This document shows positions 1 through 7,832 of a stretch of DNA of 64,000 nt, in pieces (the first letter of the stretch is position 1; each line of letters begins with the position of its first letter). The notes beneath the pieces were generated by a model, which did not search any database, was not told where the DNA came from, and saw nothing but the letters and a program-made list of their open reading frames with translations. The position numbers were made by a program, and so were the translations under genes. Source of the stretch: an uncultured Smithella sp. (lineage in GTDB: Bacteria > Desulfobacterota > Syntrophia > Syntrophales > Smithellaceae); assembly GCA_964525155.1 (NCBI GenBank), contig CAZGDK010000001.1:5283-69282 (forward strand), in the 5' to 3' direction.

Positions 1-1
1 C

Positions 2-826
2 ATTGGATCAGAGGCAAAAAACAGATTAAAGGAAGTTATTAATGATCTTTTTACTTCCGATGTAGATGCAAAATTTAATGAATTAGAAAAATCGCTTCAA
101 GAAATTAAAAGCGCCTCCCGCAGTATAAACAATATACGGAGTGATATTAAAAATGATTTGATATCAGATGAATCAGGTTCTTTCATAGATAAATTGAACA
201 CACTTTTAGCCTCTGAAGAGGAAGAATCAGATTCGTTAATAAATAAATTAAAAATCTTAATCACATCAGATAATCCTGAATCATTGAAAACAAATATTTC
301 TAATAAATTGAAAGATGCTGAATCTAGTCTGGCCGATCATTTAAAAGTAATCCAAAACGAAACAGGCAAAATCAGTTCTATTACTGCCGCATGTGATAAT
401 TTGTCCGCTTCTATTAACGATTCAATAAACAGTGAACTATCAACGTTAAGAAAGACGCATTCGGAAAAGCTTGGCGAAATGAAACAAGCTATGGGCGTGT
501 CGCTTGAAAATATCGGAATTGAATTGAAAACATTCATCGGAAATGTGGAAGGAAAAACTGATTTCTTGAAGAAAGACCTTCAAGAAATGAAAGAAAACAG
601 CTTAAAGGACATATCAAGCAAGGTTGATCGCACAATAACTGACATGCACAATTTACTTTCATTTTTTCAATTGATAAATGAAAAAGTAGAAAAAATACAT
701 TCAGAAATAGATAAAATGTCAAAAGGAGTTTTGTTGTCGAAACGAAATTATTATGTAACGTTCATCCTCATAATAATCTCCTTCTCAAATTTAGCATTGA
801 TTCTTTATCTAATCTGGGGCCGGTAG
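2..826 (+). CDS. Partial coiled-coil protein (5' end cut by window edge) with C-terminal transmembrane tail anchor; function unknown
   Basis: The frame of track ORF 158..826 stays open back to base 2 (IGSEAKNRLKEVINDLFTSDVDAKFNELEK...). The track M at 158 is a TTG codon. The sequence is K/E/L/S/N-rich and heptad-like, with a single hydrophobic helix YYVTFILIIISFSNLALILYLIW just before the stop. The region is visibly AT-rich relative to the rest of the window. Confidence 0.5.
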   Translation: MGSEAKNRLKEVINDLFTSDVDAKFNELEKSLQEIKSASRSINNIRSDIKNDLISDESGSFIDKLNTLLASEEEESDSLINKLKILITSDNPESLKTNISNKLKDAESSLADHLKVIQNETGKISSITAACDNLSASINDSINSELSTLRKTHSEKLGEMKQAMGVSLENIGIELKTFIGNVEGKTDFLKKDLQEMKENSLKDISSKVDRTITDMHNLLSFFQLINEKVEKIHSEIDKMSKGVLLSKRNYYVTFILIIISFSNLALILYLIWGR

Positions 827-1028
827 CGCATAAAATCTTTCCCGAATATATCAGTCAGACAGAACAGTGGCTTTGTGCCTGTCTTCGGCCGCGCCAATTA
901 CGTCCAGTGCGTCACTGAAGTATCGCATGACCTTGTCTTGACATTTATATTATTAATAGCAGCATATTACCTTATATATTGCACTTTAATATACTTTATG
1001 TTATTGTGCATATCAAAGGTTAATATAT

Positions 1029-2018
1029 ATGAAAGATCACTTAATTCAAGAACTGACCAGGTACGTCACGGATACGCTCGCTGTTCCTTTGGTGATTCAG
1101 CCATGGGATGGCGGTCGGGACCTGCCTTTTTTTTTGAAAGACCAGTACGCTTTCTATCAGACCAAGCTCGCAGAGTTGTCTTGTCTTTTGATTATCGCCA
1201 GAGGCGGACAGGAACCAACGCCAGCCATGGTCCGCAAGCACATTGATCTTTTACAGCCCAAGGCTGGTGGCGCGGCGATTATTTATGTTCAAAAACAGAT
1301 CAGCTCTTATAATCGAAAAAGGCTGATCGATCAGAGGGTGTGTTTCATTATTCCCGGCAATCAGATGTATTTGCTGCCCCTCGGCGTGGATTTTCGTGAG
1401 CATTTTAAACATGTTCATGCTCAGGCGAAAGCTCTGAGTCCGTCCGCCCAGGTCGTTTTGCTGCATATTCTTCTCAAAAGTCCACAAGGGGTTTTGGGCC
1501 TCAATGATCCGGCTTTACAGTATGGTTATTCCGCCATGACGATGTCGCGGGCCTTCAGCGAAATCGAATCTCTGGGGCTTGTTGAAGTTGCAACTCGGCA
1601 GCGGAAACGGGAGATCGTTTTAAAGGGAACAAAACAGGACGTCTGGGAAAAGTCGCTAGACTATCTGCGCAGTCCGGTTATCCAACGTTTATATGCGGAT
1701 TCGTCGCTTGATTTGCCGGACGGCGTCTGCGCGGGGCTTTGCGCCCTTGCCCGATACTCGTCACTTGCGGAACCGGGAAACAAGGTATTGGCCGTTGGTA
1801 GCGGCGCAGGAAAGTCTTTGATAAATAAATACGGCAGGGATGCCCTGTCCGTGAAGGATATTCATGATGATGAAATCGAAGTCTGGAGCTATGCGCCCAC
1901 TTTATTTACGGTTGACGGAGTTGTCGATCGCCTCTCTTTGTATCTTTCGCTTCGCGATGAAAAAGATGAGCGTGTGGACGCCGCACTGGAACACATGATG
2001 AGAGAATTGGCATGGTAA
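1029..2018 (+). CDS. Winged-helix (MarR-like) domain protein, putative regulator/antitoxin partner of the downstream nucleotidyltransferase
   Basis: 329-aa ORF. The central segment LSPSAQVVLLHILLKSP...YSAMTMSRAFSEIESLGLVEVATRQRKREIVLKG reads as a wHTH. Its 3' end overlaps the next gene start by 7 nt (ATGGTAA), which suggests translational coupling. Confidence 0.55.
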   Translation: MKDHLIQELTRYVTDTLAVPLVIQPWDGGRDLPFFLKDQYAFYQTKLAELSCLLIIARGGQEPTPAMVRKHIDLLQPKAGGAAIIYVQKQISSYNRKRLIDQRVCFIIPGNQMYLLPLGVDFREHFKHVHAQAKALSPSAQVVLLHILLKSPQGVLGLNDPALQYGYSAMTMSRAFSEIESLGLVEVATRQRKREIVLKGTKQDVWEKSLDYLRSPVIQRLYADSSLDLPDGVCAGLCALARYSSLAEPGNKVLAVGSGAGKSLINKYGRDALSVKDIHDDEIEVWSYAPTLFTVDGVVDRLSLYLSLRDEKDERVDAALEHMMRELAW

Positions 2019-2770
2019 AAGGGCTGGATGTTTTCCGCAAGCATTTTCGGAATTATGCGGATCGTTACATTCTCATCGGCGGAACCGCCTGCGACATGGC
2101 GATGGAAGAAGCCGGTCTGCCGTTTCGGGCGACAAAAGATCTGGATATCGTATTATGCGTTGAAGCCATTGACCGGACCTTTGTGAAAGTTTTCTGGGAT
2201 TTTATCCGGGCTGGAGGGTATCAGGTTCAGGAGAAGGCATCCGGCGCAAAACAATTCTATCGCTTTACAAAACCCGCGGACCATTCTTTCCCCTTTATGC
2301 TGGAGCTTTTTTCACGAAAACCGGATGCGTTAGCCATTGCTAACGAGAGTCATCTGACACCGATTCCCATCAATGACGAGGCAGCCAGTTTGTCGGCTAT
2401 TCTTCTTGATGATGGGTATTACTTTTTTATCACACAAGGGAAACGTGAAAAGAACGGACTGATGGTTATCGGCGCGGATCGGCTGATTCCCCTGAAAGCA
2501 AAAGCCTGGCTTGACCTGGATACCAAAAAGCAAAAAGGCGAGGCGGTTGATTCAAAAAACATTCGCAAACATAAAAATGATGTGTTCCGGCTGTATAGGA
2601 TCGCTGAAACTGCTATAAAAGTAACCCTGCCCGACAACATTGCTCATGATTTGCAGACTTTCTTCAACGCTGTCGCTATTGAGCCTATGGATTTGGCGGC
2701 GCTTGGCCTAGGCTCAACGACTTTGGAGACAGTGATCGACAACCTGAAAAGAATGTACATCATTTACTGA
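2012..2770 (+). CDS. Pol-beta-fold nucleotidyltransferase, AbiEii/DUF1814-like (putative type IV toxin)
   Basis: The N-terminal motif ILIGGTACDMAMEEAGLPFRATKDLDIVL matches the GG[ST]A...R.[ST].D[LI]D signature of AbiEii-type NTases. The gene overlaps the upstream wHTH gene. At 252 aa it is somewhat short for canonical AbiEii. Confidence 0.5.
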   Translation: MVKGLDVFRKHFRNYADRYILIGGTACDMAMEEAGLPFRATKDLDIVLCVEAIDRTFVKVFWDFIRAGGYQVQEKASGAKQFYRFTKPADHSFPFMLELFSRKPDALAIANESHLTPIPINDEAASLSAILLDDGYYFFITQGKREKNGLMVIGADRLIPLKAKAWLDLDTKKQKGEAVDSKNIRKHKNDVFRLYRIAETAIKVTLPDNIAHDLQTFFNAVAIEPMDLAALGLGSTTLETVIDNLKRMYIIY

Positions 2771-3425
2771 CCAGCCCCTTTTCAATGGCGTAGGACGTCA
2801 GCGCCGAGGCCGTGTGCAGGTTCAGTTTCTTCATCAGGTTTTCCCGGTGTTTTTCGACCGTTTTGAGGCTGATGCATAAATCGTCGGCGATTTCGCGGTT
2901 TTTGTAGCCTTCGCCCACGAGCTTTAATATTTCGCGTTCTCTTGAGGTCAGCGTATCCCAGACCGTGTGAGGTGTGTTGTCCTGCTTGCCTTTCAGGTAG
3001 CCTTCAATGACTTTGCCGGAGATTTCGGGGCTTAAGTAATTCTTGCCCATCAGGACGTTTTTGATGGCCATTAAAAATTCCGCGTGATTGGCTTCCTTCA
3101 AAATATAACCGTTGGCTCCGGCCTGAAGGCTCGCCAGCACATATTCTTCCGTTTTATAAACGGTAAGCACAAGAATTTTAATATCCGGCATCTGCCGTTT
3201 GATTTCCTTGATGGCTTCGATGCCGTTTAGTTTCGGCATGGAAAGATCCATCAGCATTAAATCCGGTTTTAATTGCAGCGCCACCTTCACGGCTTCACGC
3301 CCGTCTTCGGCCTCGCCAATGACTTCCAGTTCGGCGTTGGAAGCCAGCATAGCCTTCAGGCCCTCGCGAAGGATTGTATGATCTTCGGCAATGACAATTC
3401 TTTTTCGAGTCGTATTCATAAGCAA
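2760..3425 (-). CDS. NarL/LuxR-family two-component response regulator (REC + HTH_LuxR)
   Basis: Receiver motifs are present (IVIAEDH, DLMLMDLSMP, ILVLT, GYILKEA). The C-terminal part LTSREREILKLVGEGYKNREIADDLCISLKTVEKHRENLMKKL is a LuxR-type HTH. Confidence 0.9.
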   Translation of the reverse strand: MLMNTTRKRIVIAEDHTILREGLKAMLASNAELEVIGEAEDGREAVKVALQLKPDLMLMDLSMPKLNGIEAIKEIKRQMPDIKILVLTVYKTEEYVLASLQAGANGYILKEANHAEFLMAIKNVLMGKNYLSPEISGKVIEGYLKGKQDNTPHTVWDTLTSREREILKLVGEGYKNREIADDLCISLKTVEKHRENLMKKLNLHTASALTSYAIEKGLVSK

Positions 3426-3721
3426 TCATTTCCCCCAACGGTTTGTTGCCAAAGCGACCGTATCCGGATACCGGCTTTCACCGGTATGACCACTTTTCAC
3501 TATTCCGACACAGTCTCACCTGCAGGAGAAGTGGCCACGCGTAAGCTTTTAGCATGAGATTCTTTGCTCGTAAAGAACCAAACCGTTTGGAACCTCAAAG
3601 GGCGCGGGATAAAAATCCGTAAGGATTTGCGCCAAACTCAGGTTCTCACCTGATTTACGTCCCCTGGCCTTTTTAGTAATCTGCCATCCGGGTGACAGAT
3701 GGATATTAAAGCGGGACAACC

Positions 3722-4132
3722 ATGAATCGAAAACCGAAAATACTGATTCTTGATAACAATCAAACCTTCGGACAAATGCTGGCTGATCATTTAAGATCGG
3801 ATCTTTCGGCTTCCGTGATGCATCTGGCCGGCTATTGTCCGGACCTCATGAAACAATTCAAAAGTTTTTCTCCGGATATGATCTTTATGGACGTCCAGTC
3901 CATGGAACAGGCCTGCGTAACTACAACAAAGAGCTTCAAAGAAAGCTTTCCAGGTTTGTGTGTCGTCTGGATTACCAGTTACGATCAGCCGGAATATGCC
4001 CAAAAAGCCCGGGAATGCGGCATTGACCACTGTCTTTTCAAAAATGCCCTGACGCTGGACGGCGTGATCGCGATCATCCGCAAGACTTTCGGATCCTGCG
4101 ACGCACGCCATGCATCCGATGACGGAGCGTGA
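3722..4132 (+). CDS. Stand-alone receiver (CheY-like) domain protein
   Basis: 136 aa with REC topology: ILILDNN (DN instead of DD), phospho-acceptor context MIFMDV, WITSY, and CLFKN lysine. There is no output domain. Confidence 0.65.
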   Translation: MNRKPKILILDNNQTFGQMLADHLRSDLSASVMHLAGYCPDLMKQFKSFSPDMIFMDVQSMEQACVTTTKSFKESFPGLCVVWITSYDQPEYAQKARECGIDHCLFKNALTLDGVIAIIRKTFGSCDARHASDDGA

Positions 4133-4312
4133 AGACATGATCCGGTCAAAGGATGGGGGGGGGGAAAGCGAAGATACGGGGAAAATACGCACTTACGAAA
4201 GGTGAAATAAGGAATTCACCGAATATACATTAAAGGCTGAATTTCATATTCTGCCTTCGAGAAAGCGATATAAAATCAAGGCGATCAATGCCTTTTAGAA
4301 AAGGAGAATCAT

Positions 4313-5452
4313 ATGGATTATCAATTAAGTGAAGAGCTTCAGATGTTGAAAGATATGGCCTACAAGTTTGGTCAGGCCGAGATGGTTCCCATCGCCCATG
4401 AGGCGGATGAGAAAGAGGCATACACACCCGAAGTCAGAATGAAGGCGGCGGAAAATGGCCTTCTGGGCGCCTGGATTCCGGAAGAGTATGGCGGACCGGG
4501 CGTTGGATTCTTAGGCCATACCATTATTACCGAAGAACTTTCCAAAGCCTGCATCGGCATTGGGCTCAATCTTTACGGCGCCTGCTTTGGCGCCCAGAAC
4601 GTTTATCATTACGGAACGGAAGAGCAAAAAAAGAAATACCTGCCGCCCATCTGCACCGGCGAGTACGTTTTTGCCGGGGCTTATACGGAACCGAATGCAG
4701 GCACCGACGTGGCGGGCTACAAGACAAGAGCCGTGAAAGACGGCAACGACTGGGTAATTAACGGAACCAAAATGTTCATCACCAATGGAACCTGCAGCAC
4801 CCACATGATCGTTCAGGCGATTACGGAACCGGACGCGAAAAAACATGCAAGCTTCAGCCAGATTCTGGTTCCTTGCGATACTCAAGGCGTCACCCGGACC
4901 AAACTGCATGGCAAACTGGGCCTGCGCGCCAGCGACACGGCGGAAATCGCGCTGGAAGACGTTCGCGTTCCGCTTGAAAATCTGGTGGGTACGCCCGGCA
5001 AAGGGTTTTACCAGCTGATGCATTTCTTTGATGTCACCCGCATCATGATTGCCGCCCAGGCGCTGGGTTTATCGGAGGCATGCCTGGCCGCCTCCGTGAA
5101 ATATGCCAAGGAAAGAAGCGTATTCGGCGCGCCTCTGGGAAGCTATCAGATCACCATGCAGAAGCTGACGGAAATGGCGATCAAAATTGAAGCCCTGCGC
5201 GGCTTTGTTTATAAATCGGCCTGGCTGGTGGATAACGGCACGCCGGATTACACCTTGGCGGCCATGGGAAAATATCTGGGCGGACAAACGGCGGTTTATT
5301 GCGCCAACGCGGGCGTGGAAATCCACGGCGGCTACGGCTACATGGAAGAATATGACGTGCAGAAATGGTATCGGGACGCCAAGATTCTCGAACTTTATGA
5401 AGGCACCAAGGAAGCGGAAATTATGACCATCGGCAAATTACTGCAAAAATAA
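4313..5452 (+). CDS. Acyl-CoA dehydrogenase (short/medium-chain type)
   Basis: 379 aa, with the typical ACAD blocks YTEPNAGTDV, WVINGTKMFITNG, IHGGYGYMEEYDVQKWYRDAKILELYEGT. A good RBS (aaaggagaatcatATG) precedes the start. Confidence 0.9.
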   Translation: MDYQLSEELQMLKDMAYKFGQAEMVPIAHEADEKEAYTPEVRMKAAENGLLGAWIPEEYGGPGVGFLGHTIITEELSKACIGIGLNLYGACFGAQNVYHYGTEEQKKKYLPPICTGEYVFAGAYTEPNAGTDVAGYKTRAVKDGNDWVINGTKMFITNGTCSTHMIVQAITEPDAKKHASFSQILVPCDTQGVTRTKLHGKLGLRASDTAEIALEDVRVPLENLVGTPGKGFYQLMHFFDVTRIMIAAQALGLSEACLAASVKYAKERSVFGAPLGSYQITMQKLTEMAIKIEALRGFVYKSAWLVDNGTPDYTLAAMGKYLGGQTAVYCANAGVEIHGGYGYMEEYDVQKWYRDAKILELYEGTKEAEIMTIGKLLQK

Positions 5453-5457
5453 CAAGG

Positions 5458-6822
5458 ATGAGAATGATGAAAAATGTCTATGAAGAGTACAGGCAAAAGC
5501 TGATTACGGCTGAAGAAGCGGTAAGTTTCGTTAAATCCGGCGACCGGATTTTCTACAGCGAATTCATGTTGATTCCCGAATCTTTGGATGAAGCCCTGGC
5601 CAAAAGAATTCGCCAGCTCAAAAACATTGATTTGAGATGCGTCTGCTCCGCGCGGGTCCCCAAAATCGTGGAAGCCGACCCCAAACGCGAACATGTGATT
5701 ATGAACGACTGGCACCTGTCGACGGCCGGCCGCCGGCTGCACGACGAAGATCTGTGCAACTATATTCCGTTCAGCTATCATCAGGGGCCGCGGACCATCA
5801 AGAAATACCTCGATTTCGACGCGGCCTTTGTGACCGTTGCCGAGATGGATAAAAACGGCTATTTCAACTACGGCCTATGCAACTCGCTCACCGGCGCGGT
5901 GCTGGACAAGACCAAAAAGATCATCGTTGAAGTGAACAAGAACGTTCCCTACTGCTACGGCGGCAACAAGGAATCCATCCACATCTCCAAAGTGGATTAT
6001 ATTGTGGAAGGCAAAAACCCGCCGCTGGCGGAGGTGAAGCCCGTGCCGCCCAAGGATACTGACCGGCGCATTGCCGAGCATATCATGAAGGAGATTCAGG
6101 ACGGCTCGTGCATCCAGCTGGGGATCGGCGGGCTTCCGAATCTGATCGGGCAGATGATTGCCGAAAGCGATTTGAAGGATCTGGGCATTCACACGGAAAT
6201 GATGTGCGATTCCGTGGTCGATTTATATAACGCCGGCAAAGTCACCGGACGTCTGAAATCGGCCGACAAGGGCAAAATCGTTTATACCTTTGCCATGGGC
6301 ACCAAAAAGCTCTACGACTTTCTGGATCACAACCCAACCTGTTCGTCTTATCCGGTCAACATTACGAACGATCCCCGGATCATTTCGTTCAACAGCAAAG
6401 TGGTGGCCATCAATAACGCCATTGAAGTGGATTTGTATGGACAGGTCTGTTCGGAATCCTCGGGCATCCACCAGAAAACCGGCACGGGCGGCCAGTTGGA
6501 CTTTATCTTCGGCGCGTTCCAGTCCCAGGGCGGCAAGGGGATTATTTCGCTGAGTTCCACCTATAAGGACAAAGACGGCAAACTGCATTCACGCATTGTT
6601 CCCTTTGTGGAACCGGGAACCATTGTCACCGTGCCCCGCTCCATTGTTCAGTATGTGACGACGGAATACGGCATAGTGCAGCTCAAAGGGAAATCCACCT
6701 GGGAGCGGGCCGAAGCGCTCATCAGCATCGCCCATCCTGATTTTCAGGAAGAGTTGATCCGTCAGGCCAGAAAGATGAAAATCTGGCTCAACGGCAAAAA
6801 GCAGGACGCCCCGGCATGTTGA
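5458..6822 (+). CDS. Acetyl-CoA hydrolase/transferase family enzyme (butyryl-/4-hydroxybutyryl-CoA:acetate CoA-transferase-like)
   Basis: 454 aa with the family pattern: N-terminal KLITAEEAVSFVKSGDRI, then GIGGLPN, IHTEMM, and INNAIEVDLYGQVCSES..G.GGQLDF. It lies directly downstream of the ACAD gene. Confidence 0.85.
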   Translation: MRMMKNVYEEYRQKLITAEEAVSFVKSGDRIFYSEFMLIPESLDEALAKRIRQLKNIDLRCVCSARVPKIVEADPKREHVIMNDWHLSTAGRRLHDEDLCNYIPFSYHQGPRTIKKYLDFDAAFVTVAEMDKNGYFNYGLCNSLTGAVLDKTKKIIVEVNKNVPYCYGGNKESIHISKVDYIVEGKNPPLAEVKPVPPKDTDRRIAEHIMKEIQDGSCIQLGIGGLPNLIGQMIAESDLKDLGIHTEMMCDSVVDLYNAGKVTGRLKSADKGKIVYTFAMGTKKLYDFLDHNPTCSSYPVNITNDPRIISFNSKVVAINNAIEVDLYGQVCSESSGIHQKTGTGGQLDFIFGAFQSQGGKGIISLSSTYKDKDGKLHSRIVPFVEPGTIVTVPRSIVQYVTTEYGIVQLKGKSTWERAEALISIAHPDFQEELIRQARKMKIWLNGKKQDAPAC

Positions 6823-6852
6823 CAAAACCGCCAATCGGCGTATGATTTCCGC

Positions 6853-7827
6853 ATGCACGACGAAAATATTGAGCTCTGGCAGCATCATCACGTCTTTAAC
6901 GCGGAGAAAAAGGCCGTTGAAAAGCGGACACTGGTCGTGGTGATCATCACCTTTGTGATGATGGTGGCCGAAATCCTGTTCGGCTGGATCACCCACTCCA
7001 TGGCGCTGTTTGCCGACGGCTGGCACATGGCCACGCATGCATTCGCCCTGGGCATATCGCTTGCGGCTTACATTCTGGCGCGCAAATACGCCAAAGACCA
7101 TACGTTTGCTTTTGGCGCATGGAAAATTGAAATTCTCGGGGCCTACACCAGCGCCATCGTGTTGGGGCTGGTGGGCCTCATTATGATTTATTCCTCCGTC
7201 GAGCGAATGATCCACCCGCTGGCCATTCAATACAATCAGGCTCTGCTGGTCGTGGGGCTGGGGCTTGCCGTCAATGTCGTTTGCGCCCTGATTCTCAATA
7301 CCGGCACAACTTCTCACAGCCATTTCCACAACCATGAACACAACCATTCCAATGCTCACGCAAGCCATCATCACGACCAGCGGGAACCGGCAGACCCCCA
7401 TGAAGACCTCAATCAGAAATCGGCGTACCTGCATGTGGTGGCCGACGCGCTCACATCGGTTCTGGCCATTATCGCGCTTACCGGCGCAAAATATTTCAGC
7501 ATCGTCCGGCTCGATCCGATCATGGGTCTGGTCGGCGCGGGGCTGATCCTGCACTGGGCGTCGCGCCTGCTTGCGGATACGGCGAAAATCCTGCTGCAAA
7601 AGGAAATGGATTCGCCCATCACCGGAGAAATCCGCACTCTCATCGAGGCCGACGGCGATACGAAAGTCAGCGATCTGCATCTGTGGCAAATCGCTCAAAA
7701 CCGGTATGCCTGCATCGTTTCCGTGGTCACCGGGAAAAATTATTCTCTGGAAGAATACAAGACACGACTTCAAGACGTTCACGAGCTGGCGCACGTCACC
7801 GTGGAAATCTATTCGTGCAAAGAGTAA
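6853..7827 (+). CDS. Cation diffusion facilitator (CDF) divalent-metal efflux transporter with His-rich loop
   Basis: Six predicted TM helices. It contains HSMALFADGWHMATHA and YLHVVADALTSV metal-site motifs and a His-rich cytoplasmic loop SHSHFHNHEHNHSNAHASHHHD. Confidence 0.9.
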   Translation: MHDENIELWQHHHVFNAEKKAVEKRTLVVVIITFVMMVAEILFGWITHSMALFADGWHMATHAFALGISLAAYILARKYAKDHTFAFGAWKIEILGAYTSAIVLGLVGLIMIYSSVERMIHPLAIQYNQALLVVGLGLAVNVVCALILNTGTTSHSHFHNHEHNHSNAHASHHHDQREPADPHEDLNQKSAYLHVVADALTSVLAIIALTGAKYFSIVRLDPIMGLVGAGLILHWASRLLADTAKILLQKEMDSPITGEIRTLIEADGDTKVSDLHLWQIAQNRYACIVSVVTGKNYSLEEYKTRLQDVHELAHVTVEIYSCKE

Positions 7828-7832
7828 CGCCG

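Noticed and set aside
875-1246. 123-aa ORF (GTG start) spanning the AT-rich spacer and the start of the wHTH gene
   Set aside because: It overlaps the better-supported 1029..2018 ORF in another frame. Its N-terminal part is translated from promoter-like AT-rich DNA, and no RBS is present.
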